Positions 13,791 to 26,326 of a stretch of DNA of 64,000 nucleotides are shown piece after piece. Position numbers and translations under genes: made by a program. The DNA comes from Octopus vulgaris (taxonomy: Eukaryota). How positions within the stretch are numbered: the first letter of the stretch is position 1; the number at the start of each line of letters is the position of its first letter. Under the pieces are notes generated by a model that was given only the letters and a program-made list of their open reading frames with translations, ran no database searches and was not told where the DNA came from. The stretch lies in the NCBI GenBank assembly GCA_951406725.2, contig OX597826.1, forward strand, positions 81,964,001-82,028,000, read 5' to 3'.

Positions 13791-14792
13791 TTAACACAGA
13801 GCATTAAACAGCGGTTTTAAATAATTCGAAATGGATTGAGAGCCATGTTTTTTTTTGTGATGAATATAAAATGTTAGCCCCGCAGCGTAAAGTAAGTAAA
13901 ATGATCTTACGATGCTTTGTTTCTTTGCATTCGGAAGAATTTACTAATTTCAGGTTTTCTTAGTTCTTCCTCAGTGAAAGACTCCCCAGGGGTGCACAGC
14001 GATAGAGATTGTTTGCTTAGAGTTATTTATAATGGATGACTACCAGGGCAGAGCTAAATAGTTACGTCAATCAATGGATATTAAACGTCATCATAAAATA
14101 ATAGTCCAACTGAGTCTCGTATGTTATTCTGCTACCGTTTATGTATTTAAACCCGTAAACAATCGCTATCTTTGTCAGGGAACGAAACCGTAATGGCGGA
14201 AAAAAGAAACTAGACTAAAAGTAAATAGTAAATGAATATAAAGTAAAATAGAGAAGACTTGCGTTATAAAAAAATGACAAGTGTTTAAGAAAGTTACATT
14301 GATGCTGTTCCCTTTTTATATGCTATTTTGGCAGTAAAAAGTTGTAAGTTAAGAAAATATGAAATTATAAAAACGAATGTTATATTTCTTGGCTCCCTCT
14401 AGACTTGGCACAACCTTAAAAGTTTCAAAATAACCGTGAAATTAAACAGTTCCCTGGAAACTTAACTTCTACTGTTAAGATTATACCTTTTAATACTGAC
14501 TTCTTAATTTCTTTCGATCTGAAGTTCATATTTCAATTAATGTCAGCAATGAAATTCTCACCGTAACGTTAATGCTATCTTGAGAAATGAACATGTAATT
14601 CATATTAATAGATCTTTCTAGATTTTGATTATATTGAAAAAAACAGTTGAAATGTTAGTCCCTAGTGAGGATGAAGATTGTCAGAGCAGACAGAAGGACG
14701 GACCATGCTTTTTTTTTTAAATTTAAAACAATGAAACACAGAAAGCATGAATACATTCATTGAAACTATCTTCTCAAATACCGAAGTTTAAC

Positions 14793-15177
14793 GGGCGCGA
14801 AATTTTGGTGGAGGCTGGGGCCAGTCGATTAGATCGACCCCAGTACGCAACTGGTACTTAATATATCAAGCCCGAAAGGGTGAAAAGCAAAGTCGACCTC
14901 GGCGGAATTTGAACTCAGAACGTAAAAAACAGACGAAATACCTATTTCTTTACTACCCACAAGGGGCTAAACACAGAGGGGACAAACAAGAACAGACAAA
15001 GGGATTAAGTCAATTATATCGACCCCAGTGCGTAACCGGTACTTATTTAATCGACCCCGAAAGGATGAAAGGCAGAGTCGACCTCGGCGGAATTTGAACT
15101 CAGAACGTAACGGCAGACGAAATACCGCTAAGCATTTCGCCCGGCGTGCTAACGTTTCTGCCAGCTCCTCGCCGCCT
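14793..15177 (-). mobile_element. SINE family B with a partly duplicated body
   Basis: gtcgacctcggcggaatttgaactcagaacgtaa occurs twice; head at 15177. Confidence 0.9.
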
Positions 15178-15499
15178 TAGTATACGGCAGATATTAGCAA
15201 AGAACGTTGGTTATATAGGAAAGTGGTAGGCAAGCAGAGACTACATAAGGTCTTATTAATGTATACAGTTCATGACATGTTTTGCATTTCAGACGAGGAG
15301 ACTTTCACTGAACACAGTTGGTTTGGTCCTGGCCTCCAGGTAGACATGTGCCGAGAAGGGTTGAAAAGTAGGTTGGCTAATCTCCCCTGTAAATTGGCAG
15401 AGAAGAAATTAAGTTGGAGGTCAGGTCGTGAACGCTTAGATCACACCAGTCTCAATACCGCCCGACCGTCGTCGTATCCTAACCCCCATAAAGCTTTGC

Positions 15500-15628
15500 G
15501 TCAGTTGTTCGACTTCGACTTTCATCTTTTCGAGGTCGATTAAATTAGTACCAGTTACGCACTGGGGTCGATGTAATCGACTTAATCCTTTCCCCCAAAT
15601 TTGAAGCCTTGTGTTTCTAGTAGAAAGG

Positions 15629-15661
<33 letters not shown>

Positions 15662-15864
15662 GGGAGAATCGTTAACACGGTGAGTAAAATGCTTAGCGGT
15701 ATTTCGCGCCCGTTGCTACGTTCTGAATTCAAATTCCACCGAGGTCGACTTTGCCTTTCATCCTTTCGGGGTCGATAAATTAAGTACCAATGAAACACTG
15801 GCGTCCATGTGATCGACTATACCCCTGCCCCAAATTTCAAGCCTTGTGCCTATAATAAGAAAGG

Positions 15865-15865
<1 letters not shown>
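15500..15865 (+). mobile_element. Two tandem family-B SINE copies separated by (TTA)n
   Basis: tttcatc..gtcgat..gtacca..cactgg..cccaaattt..gccttgtg..agaaaggat(tat)n occurs twice. Confidence 0.8.
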
Positions 15866-15896
<31 letters not shown>

Positions 15897-18870
15897 GTAA
15901 TTAGCAATGTTTTCAAGGAGTTATCATTATTATTATTATCATTATTATTATTATTATTATTATTATTAACGTACTGTAGTCTGGGTGCCCCTCTCCCCAC
16001 TGTTTATCATTTCTTTCCTCTCGTCTGCATAATTTTCCTCATAGATATCCATACGACAAGAGGAAATTGCTTTAAGTAAGAAGAAATGTAATTAGCAATG
16101 TTTTCAAGGAGTTATCAATTAATTATATTGAAGCGTTTGTTGTAATAGTTTTTGAAGAGATAACAACATCGAATGGAGATGGAGGAGGGCAAAAAAATAG
16201 CTAAAAGAAATAAATAGAAAGAGTGTAGTGAAGATTGGTGGTGAGATAAACATAAAAAAAAAGTAGAGAAAGAAAAAAATATGGAAACCAGGCAAAGAAA
16301 AAAAAAACAGAGAAACATATAAGAAATTCCGATAGACAAGTAAATAGTTGTTTGGCATTGGTAATCAGTTGTGCTAATATTTCTTTGTCTGTTTTCAGCT
16401 CAGAAAACAAAGAAAGCTAAAGAAATGTTTAACAATGAAAGACGACGCTAATTTCTCAAGCAATTCATTTGTATCTGCAAGTACGAAGAGGGGTTAAGTT
16501 CAAACCGGTCGTTCATCGTTACCAGACTGTTTCGTTGTTGTTATTGTGTATTCAGCATCGGATTCTTAATCGCTTAGTTATGGCTTCATTCATTCGCTTC
16601 GTTTGCTGTCTGTTTCAGGCAATTGGCTTTTTCGGCGCCATTTACGGAATGGCGACCAATGAAGCTGATTTCAACCTCTGTATAAGGCAATGATGCACGT
16701 CTGACAGCTTGACCTTGTTTTTTTTTTCTTATTATTATTTTAATTTAATTTTATTCTGCTCTTTCATTTCTTTCATCGTGAAACCATTCCAACTGATGCT
16801 TCGACATACTACTAAATTCCTTTTATTTCGTTAATAAGGTTTCAAAGATCAAAACTGTTCGGTATACTTAACGTCAAGTTCCGTGTATTGTGTTTATATT
16901 TTAATAATCATGATTAATGTCTTCCGTATGACAGCAGTCTTATAGAAAGAGATTCCATGATATATTCACATCAGCCTGGCCATATGACAAGCCCATTGTT
17001 TCTATTATTTCCTCTCTTGCCAAACAATTCCCACAAAATTCAATTTATATCGTTTGATATATTTTCGCAGCATTTGCTCGACAACTCTATGAGAGTGCAG
17101 TTGCTGTGAATCTGCAATATCGCTGCATTAATAACTCAGTAAGGAATGGCAAATATAATATATTAATGTTGCTGACCTGTAGTTCTGGAGAGACTGTCCA
17201 AAGATAGGCGTCTGATATTATTATAGCAACAATGGGGTAATCAGTGGCAGGCTCCACGAGAGATATTTTCCTGAATTTTCCTGACCAGATTTAGTAATTA
17301 ACATAATGATTGCATTCATCACTAAAAGTTAAATATTAGATAATTAAAATATTTTGGATTACTATATCAAGTATGTTTGCGCGTTGTTAATTACGTTATC
17401 TTCTGACCTTTCCTTCGTTGATTCCGGTTCCTTGTAAGACCAGAATAAAACGCTGAGTTCAGTGGCCGAGGGTTCCTTCTTCTTTACAATTGCCGAGTCA
17501 GATGAATGGAGAAAACCATTGCTTTGGTATTAAGTTCTCATATGAACGCAGAATAAAAGTTTGAGAAAAGAAGTTTGGTGAATAGAGTACTAACCCACTT
17601 TGGACTAAGGCTTTAAGGAACGACACTGAAAAGGCGATTGGCAAAGTACTTCGGTGGGATTCGAACTTAGGGAGCAAAGAGTTGGAAGAAATACCGTAAA
17701 GGATTCAATCTACGTTTTAACGATTTCGGAAATCTGTCTCCTTGGTGATATGCTGCATGGAGACAGAAGCTCCATTAGTGTTCTTGCTACAACCGAAAGT
17801 TGAGGAGATTAAAAAAGTCAACAAAACTGAACTTAAAAGAACTTTACAATATCGGTCAAAGTTCAGACGTTTTGAGAGTGGGAGGAGGTGATTAGGTCGA
17901 ACAAAATACTTAATTGGTATTTTGTTCAACTCGGAAAGAAGAGAGAAGCAAAAAGGACTTCAGTGCGATTTGAACTCAGAACATAAAGGGACGTAATTAA
18001 ATATAGCAAAGCATGCTCTGCCGAGTCTGAAATCTTGATAGCACTATCCCCCTCCTCATCAGCATCATCATCATCATACTACTACTACTGCTGCTGCTGC
18101 TGCTCATTCTTTAATCTTTAATTTAGCATTAAATTAGCATGCTGAGGTTATTCTTCAAGACTTTAGAAGAAATTAACAGGGTGAAAGAATGTTGCTGGTG
18201 TTTCTGATCAGACCAGCGATGACGCCGCGTATCGAAGACAATTCTGTATTATCTAATTGTCTTTCTCTATTCAAGATGGCCATGGTCATTTGAATGAGAT
18301 TTGGCTGCTATTCGAAGAATGGCTAGTGAGTATCTAGGGGCTGTCTAGTAGGCGTGTTAGAAAGGAAGGTGTACAACGAGGAGAAGGATCTACCGTCGAA
18401 AAGATATTTTGAAATGAATCTGATTCCTGGTCGAAGACAATAAATTTCTCTTGCGTAACAAATATTCTTCAGAAAGACATAAAGTAACACACATTAGCTT
18501 TTCTCTTTCGGGTAGATTATCATAGTAACACTTTAGTGACAATCGTCTTAGAATAATTAGTAGGTAAGAATCTTGTGTATAGAATACATTACGTATTGAT
18601 AGTTTCAAAATTTACGTAATATTTGTGGTTTTAGACATTAGAGTGGCGTTTCAACAGACTTGCATTAAAGGTGAACTCTTACATTGTGCGTTGCCCAGAC
18701 GTTTTTTTTTTTTGTTTTTTGCTTATACTGGGAGGCAAGAAAAAGTAAATAAAGCTAAACAAAGACTGGTTAGAGGGTGAACACGAAAATACTAGAAAGA
18801 GAGAATCGTGAGAAATGTACAGGAATTAGGAGGTACCGGCGGGTAAAGTGGGAAATATAGAAAACCCGGT

Positions 18871-19150
18871 TACGACGACGAGGGACCCAGTTAATCCGAT
18901 CGGCGGAACCGGCTGCTCGTGAAATTAACGTGCAAGTGACTGAGCACTCCACAAGCACGTGTACCCTTAACGTAGAACTCAGGGAGATTCAGTGTGACAC
19001 AGAATGTGACAAGGCTGGTGCTTTGAAATAAAGGTACTACTCGCTTTTGCCAGCTGAGTGGACTGGAGCAATGTGAAATAAAGTGTCTTGCTCAAGGACA
19101 CAACGACCTCACGATCGTGAGCCGCATGCCCTAACCACTAAGCCACGCAC
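18871..19150 (-). mobile_element. tRNA-derived SINE with a V-domain-like core
   Basis: Minus strand: A-box TGGCTTAGTGG, then tgtgtccttgagcaagacactt..cattgctccagtccactcagctg, which I recall as resembling the V-SINE core. Confidence 0.7.
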
Positions 19151-19161
19151 ATTTACTACAC

Positions 19162-19241
<80 letters not shown>

Positions 19242-19242
19242 A

Positions 19243-19277
<35 letters not shown>

Positions 19278-19876
19278 TTGTCTGTCTGTCTGACTGTCTG
19301 TCTTCTGTCTTTCTGTCAATCTATCTGTCTATCTATCTATCTATCTATCTACCTTTCTATCTATATCTATCTATACGTTTTGTGTGTATAAGACCGAGCG
19401 TTGTTTGTGTGGAGAAATCCGAAACTAGTTTAACTAATATCGTCGCTATTTTTTCTGTGTGTAGTAGTAGTAGCATTGCTTAGATATTGATGGCTCGCAT
19501 TCTCCTCATATTCACACTTCCAGGTTCGGTAAGTACGAATCAAATCGTGGTGTCAATTTACGAAATAAAAACATGTAGCTTTGTGTCAGTGCCAGAAAAC
19601 TGTATTAATGATATATTTTAGTTCATTGATATAATTTCTTACAATTTGTTGATGAAATAACACGCCTGTTTACCGACTTGTTAACTAGACTGCAAAGAAG
19701 CAGAAAACTGCTTTCAAGGCTCTACCCAGATAATGTTTAGCGTTATATCTGGGGTTCCACGGTTCCTCAGTTCTATTCAGTTGAATAATATTTAATCCTG
19801 TATACTGCAAATCAATCTTTAATCACGTCTAAATTTCATAATCTCTACACGTCTAAATTTCATAGAAAATACACTC

Positions 19877-19915
<39 letters not shown>

Positions 19916-19926
19916 CACACACACTC

Positions 19927-19971
<45 letters not shown>

Positions 19972-20404
19972 CACACACACACACAGCGTCACTCAATGCT
20001 ATTTACTTGATAATAAAGGGTACAAACAAAGTATAAATCAGCATAGAACATTTATTGTAAGGTCTCTTTACAGCTTTATTTGTACACTTTCTTACGAAGT
20101 AAATATCTCCGAGTGACGCCAAATGCCCTTGTTTGTCCGTCTTCCATTCTTGATCTATTTACACCCTTTGAGTCAGGTACCGTTTTTTTTTTTTTTGGGG
20201 GGGGGGGCGGATTGGATGGGCAGCTAAAACTCCTTATTTCCATTTGCACTTCAGGCTGGAATTTTACTGCCAAACCCATCTGAGCACTCATTGTATATAC
20301 ACATTATTTAGGTGGTATACTCCTTGCATTCTCTCTCTTTCCCTCTCTCTCCCTCCCTCTTCCCTCCTCTCTCTCTCTCATATATATATATATATGTATA
20401 TATA

Positions 20405-20590
20405 TGGAGAGTTTACGAAAAAAAACAAAAGACGAAGACAGGTGGTGTACAAAACAAACAGATGTATTAGTATAACGCTCAGGAATAGAAAAGTCTTTTA
20501 CGTTTCGAGCCTACGCTCCTCTACAGAAACGGACACAGAAAAAACAAGGAGAGAAAAAAATGTCTGTAGTGGCAAACGATCTATCATGGC

Positions 20591-20592
<2 letters not shown>
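20405..20592 (-). mobile_element. Penelope-like pLTR fragment (family P1) between (TA)n tracts, with an HHR-like motif
   Basis: Homologous to 30648-30775 and 61104-61290; minus strand gttt-CTGTAGAG-gagc gtag gctc-GAAA-cg-TA-aaag. Confidence 0.65.
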
Positions 20593-20651
<59 letters not shown>

Positions 20652-20653
<2 letters not shown>

Positions 20654-20843
20654 GGAGTAAACACATAAATGTGAAACAAGGTGGAAAAAAGAGTACTCAA
20701 ATACCAGTGGTAGAGTAATATGCTTTATTTAAAGCAACAGAAAATCCAACAAAACCTGTTTCTCTGAGTTTCACGTTGCCGATCGGCAACGTGAAACTCA
20801 GAGTAAAAAGGTTTGTTGAATTTTCTGCTGCTTTAAATAAAGT
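20652..20843 (-). mobile_element. Fold-back Penelope-like pLTR fragment (family P2)
   Basis: Reverse-complement match to 27590-27729; perfect 42-nt palindrome at 20762-20803; flanked by (TA)n. Confidence 0.7.
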
Positions 20844-20845
20844 AC

Positions 20846-20896
<51 letters not shown>

Positions 20897-20909
20897 ATTA
20901 TATAGAAGG

Positions 20910-20960
20910 AGCTTCTACAGGACTAGTACTGTTTCATTCAAGAGAAATCTTCAGGAAGCT
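20910..20960 (-). ncRNA. Type I hammerhead ribozyme (inverted copy)
   Basis: Exact reverse complement of 23378-23428. Confidence 0.75.
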
Positions 20961-21540
20961 ATTTAACAAGAATTGTATTAGCATTTATACATTTAGGCAG
21001 GTTTAAAGGAGTGGTGGTGGGGGACTTTTTGGGGGTAGGCATAGCGCAAAATATCATACTTGGGGGAGTGGTCAAGGAGTCAGTGGTAAGTTAGATGAAA
21101 GAATAGATAAATAAAAAAATAAAAAAATAAAAAATAATGTATAAAATATTATATAATTAGGGCTTAGGAAAATAAAATAAATTACTTTGCCACATACTAA
21201 ACTTTCTAGAAATAGCAGCCAATAAAGTTTTTTAGCCTCTTCCACTACTTAGAGAATTTTTTTCCCTCTAACATTGTTTACTCAAAATAATAATGGTCCC
21301 TTTACATACTGAACACTTGATGAAATTGATTAATAACTAATTAACTTTACCCTCCCTTGTTGATATATATATACATATGTATATGTGTACATGTATGTAT
21401 ATGTGTATTATGTATGTATTTATATAGATATGTAGTTTATATATATATATGTATGTATATGCATCTGTCTGTGTGTGTGTATGTGTATATATGTGTATCA
21501 TTTTTGCGTATGTATACATGTATATGTGTATATGTATGTA

Positions 21541-21577
<37 letters not shown>

Positions 21578-21784
21578 GTGTATATATATGTATATATATA
21601 TATATATGCATACGTATGTGTATGTACATGTATATATGTATGTGTGTATATGTATATATGTTTATATATGTGAGTATGTAGTGATATAAGTATATGCATG
21701 TGTATGTATGGGTATGTGTATCAGTGTATATGTATATATGTATGTGTGTGTGTATGTATATGTATGTATATGTGTATATATGTA

Positions 21785-21819
<35 letters not shown>

Positions 21820-21868
21820 GTGTATATGTGTGTATGTATGTGTATGTGTATGTATGTGTATATATATC

Positions 21869-21933
<65 letters not shown>

Positions 21934-22428
21934 GAGTGCGTGTGTGTATGTATGCATATATGTATGTATGCATGTATATGTGTATGTATATATATGTGTG
22001 TAAGTGTGTGCATATATGTATTTGTAAGTATGTGTGCGCGTATGAGTATGTATGTATGCTTGCACACGTGTATATATATGTGTGTGTGTGTATATATATG
22101 GATGCGCGTGCGTGTGTGCACGTGTATGGGTACGCATGTATATGTGTATGTGCGTGTATGCGTATACGTGTATGTATGTATGTGTGTGCGTAGATTTGTA
22201 TATGTATGTGTGAGTGTGTATATATATATATATATATATATACATATATATAGATGGGTGTGTGTATGCGTATAAATGCATGTAAGTATGGATGTATGGA
22301 TGTATGTATGTATGTATACGTATGTATGTGTGTATGTGTGTATGTATATATATATGTGTGTATATATGTTTGTGTATGTATATATATGTGTATGTATGTG
22401 TGTGTATATGTATGTGTGTATGTGTATG

Positions 22429-22486
<58 letters not shown>

Positions 22487-22939
22487 GGTATGTATCTGTA
22501 TGTAGGAGTATATATGTGTGTGTGTGTATGTATATGCGGGTATATATATATATATGTATATTTATTGGTGTATATGTATAGACTAGCCTCCTAAAGTGTA
22601 GACACGAATCTGTAGGTACGAGTACGTATGTGTATATACGTGAACGTATGTAGATGTTTGTATGTATGAATATAACGCGTGCGTACGTGTATGTGTATGA
22701 GTGTACGAATGGGTGAATGTACGTGCTAATGAGTGTGCGTGCGGGAATGAGTACTTGCCTTCTAGTAGACAGACAAATGGACATGCAGCCATTGCCAGGA
22801 TTCTTAGCCCTAGCGATCAAAGATAACAAAAGTAATAAATGAAGATAATAAAATTAAAATTAGGGAATGGGCCTGTATTGGATTGTATATATTTATATGT
22901 ATATGTATATTTGTATGTATGTATGTGTGTATGTGTAGG

Positions 22940-22980
<41 letters not shown>

Positions 22981-23377
22981 ATATATATGTGTATGTATGT
23001 ATGTGTGTGTAGATACGTATACATGTGTGTATAGGTATAAGTGAGAATCTCCTTATTTACCTATAACTCTATCCCCCCTTTTTTTATATATATATTTTTT
23101 TATATATATATTTTATATATATATTTTTTTATATATATTTTTTATATTTTTTATTTTTTTATTTTTTTATTTTATTTTTTTATTTTTTATTTTTTATTTT
23201 TTATTTTTTATTTTTTTATTTTTTTATTTATCTATTCTTTCATCTAACTTACCACTGACTCCTTGACCACTCCCCCAAGTATGATATTTTGCGCTATGCC
23301 TACCCCCAAAAAGTCCCCCACCACCACTCCTTTAAACCTGCCTAAATGTATAAATGCTAATACAATTCTTGTTAAAT

Positions 23378-23428
23378 AGCTTCCTGAAGATTTCTCTTGA
23401 ATGAAACAGTACTAGTCCTGTAGAAGCT
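23378..23428 (+). ncRNA. Type I hammerhead ribozyme
   Basis: agcttc-CTGAAGA-t ttc tctt gaa t-GAAA-cag tactagtc ctg-TA-gaagct: 6-bp helix I, intact core, GUA cleavage triplet. Confidence 0.78.
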
Positions 23429-24084
23429 CCTTCTATATAATAAATTAATTTTACTCTGCTATGTATTGAGTACCTTACTTACTGTGGTTAACCCCGAATC
23501 AACCCGGGACCTACATATATATATATATATATATATATAGCCTTTTTCAGTATATTTAACGAGTAAAAGTACATTCATATATTTTCATAATTTATCGATC
23601 TCTTATAAAATTTATCTGTTTATTATTAATATAATAAGCCATTTTCTCCCACGCTGCTCGAATCTCCGAAGCTAATTACTCCAGAAAAAGAAAAATTGCA
23701 AAATGCTTTCAGAACTTCCGGTGGCTTCCTCTATTTGCGGTTGTATTTTACCAATTCACCTGGCACTGTATTATCACAAAGCTTTTCTTACGATTCCCCC
23801 TTTTTGATTTATGCAAATGGGAACATCAAGGCTTTTATGTTAGATGCAAGCTTGTTAGAAGTAAGGACCAGGAAGAAAATATTAGAAAAAACGTGTTGTA
23901 TTAGCATAATTTATTCATATGAATATATGAATGAATTTTAATGTTTCACCTGTATGTATTTTCTGTTATAGTTTCCTTATAGCCCGCACTTGTTCCTGCC
24001 CCTTTAGCATAGCTTCACTTCTCTTAATGCTATACTCTCATTCATTTAAAGAGTTTTGATCTCCGGATTATTTGATGTGCTCAC

Positions 24085-24262
24085 TAGTGCTGATGTCACG
24101 TAAAAAGTACTCAGTGCAGTCTGTAAAGGGTTCAACGCTATGACGGGCATCCGGCTGTAGAGACTATGCCAAAGCAGACGTTGAAGTTTGGTGCATTTTT
24201 TTGGCATGTTGGTTCTTATCGATCCGTCCAACCCATGCCAGCATAGAAAACGGTTGACATGA
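24085..24262 (+). mobile_element. Diverged SINE 3' part with an RTE-type tail
   Basis: gacgggcatccggctgtagagact..ccgtccaacccatgccagcat..aaaacgg resembles RTE-tailed SINE bodies (from recall). Confidence 0.5.
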
Positions 24263-24874
24263 TATTCACTACAGTCTGAAGGTATTTGCAAATTTTCTAA
24301 AAAAATATGCAAGACTTGGCAAAGCCTTTTGTTATTAACAGATATATGAGGAACGAAAGGCAAATCTGACTTCGGTATGATTTCCACTCAGAATTTAGAT
24401 TCGGGAATAAATACCGCGAACCATTTATCCGGCGCTCTAATAATTCTGCCAATCTAGTGTCTTTCTTTCATAGAAAAGAAAAACGTATCCATTGCTAAAT
24501 TAATAGATACAAAAAAAAAAAAATGGATTTATTGTTGAGCAAGAATCAATTTTTGATCAACACAGCGAAAGAAATATTCTGATTTACTAAACCCAGCGAA
24601 CGTCCTGACTTTTAACCTGTAAGTGATTAAAGAATATCAAAGAAAACAAAAAGAATAGCAAAAGGAAAAACAAAATGAAGGGAAGAAAAATAAAAACAAC
24701 ACAAGATTTTGCCTGGAACTCAAGTTCATATTTACTAACAAAAGTATTTTGTTATATTTCTCGTTTATTGTTTAGACAGGTCAGTAAGAATGGTCTAATT
24801 TCAAGTTCACTGACTGATTGTAGAAGAATCCTAATATATAAAGAAAAAAAACACGTAAGTATGTATGGGCATGA

Positions 24875-24919
<45 letters not shown>

Positions 24920-25211
24920 TCATTCTCTTTCATAACACACACACATATGTATATATGCGTGTGTGTCTGTGTGTGATATGTTATACATATATATGTGTGT
25001 GTACACACACATATATGAAATATACATATATATGTGTGTGTACACACACATATATGAAATATATAGAATATTACACACAGAAACATATACACAACGAACG
25101 TTGATCTCTAGGATTCTATTTTCAGTAATTTTGATAAATTCCCATGGAAAGTAACCAACACTTATATAATGGAAAATAGTTGTTCAGTTTCTGTAACACA
25201 TACACCCCTAA

Positions 25212-25262
<51 letters not shown>

Positions 25263-25268
<6 letters not shown>

Positions 25269-25848
25269 CCACAATCCTAGAAACCATACCATCCTGCACT
25301 CACCCAAACGATACCTCCCAATTCTACATCAATCGCTAAATCTGCAGTGAATAATTAAAATAATCCTGACTTGTAAGAGCCGAAGACAACCACCAAAGCT
25401 CAAAGTACTCCTAACAAAGGCGAGATTCACATTTGAAAATGAAACGATGCAAGTAAACTGCTGTGGAGACCCCCATTGTAGGACATGCGAATTAATTGAG
25501 CAAGAGACATCGAAAAGACACAAGAACCGGAAGGAATTAAAAGTGAATGCAAACATGAACTGCAAAACAAAACAAAAAATCATCGACCGCGTCACGTGTC
25601 CATAAATGCAATGAAAAGTACATTAGGGAGACAGGGAGGAAACTGACCAGTCGTGTAAATGTGCATAAACAACCAATTGGGGATTCATCTCTTAGGAATG
25701 TCCCAGGCAGTGAACATCTAGATATCTGAGCAAATGGAAAATTTTAAATATTCCCGTTTCACAAAATAAAAAATGTAAATTTTCAACTACGAAAGACAAA
25801 AGAGAATAATTTATAAGAATTCTAAATCCGAAATTAAACCGAAAATAG
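25263..25848 (+). pseudogene. Penelope-like element ORF C-terminus (thumb, Cys linker, GIY-YIG endonuclease), disrupted
   Basis: Manual translation ITHNPRN..LPILHQS..SRRQPPKLKVLLTKARF..CCGDPHCRTC..NMNCKTK..VTCP/CNEKYIRETGRKLTSRVNVHKQ..EHLDI..RKTKE../IRILNPKLNRK*, with stops and frameshifts. Confidence 0.88.
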
Positions 25849-26092
25849 CCTAGACCCCATTTAATAAGCAATGCTAAAAGAATATTTATGACCAAAATCA
25901 TAAAACCGAAAATAAACCGGAAATAATTAATACTACCACTACCACAAAAAAAAAAACCCAACTTCCTCTTTAAGAGCCCGTATGCTTAAAAAGGTTTGAC
26001 GGCAACACAAAAAATGTCTTTCCCCCCCCAAAAAGGTTTGTAACATCCCCAGATTTCATAACATTTATACTCCAAAAACTGAATTAAGGAAT

Positions 26093-26172
<80 letters not shown>

Positions 26173-26280
26173 TAAAGGGTAGTTTTCTTTTGTGCTTAAA
26201 TGTATACTATTTTAAAATATGAATATGTTGTCTATTGACCATGCTAGGCCACTGGTGGTGATATTTATAACAAATATTCG

Positions 26281-26326
<46 letters not shown>

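Larger units (their letters stand above)
20894..23514 (+). mobile_element. Penelope-like or retrozyme-like non-coding element with ~235-bp inverted arms (family P3)
   Basis: About 20894-21130 is the reverse complement of about 23208-23444; each arm carries an HHR; (TA)n on both sides. Confidence 0.65.

Noticed and set aside
19500-19536. Micro-exon-like ttccAG-gttcg-GTAAGT, and similar splice-like pairs at 32107-32132 and 38215-38349
   Set aside because: Such signals arise by chance in 64 kb; no consistent reading frame or homology links them
21498-22829. 443-aa ORF, the longest in the track, and the many YI/HT/CV/ER-rich ORFs
   Set aside because: Translations of stop-poor dinucleotide and tetranucleotide repeats; no domain signal
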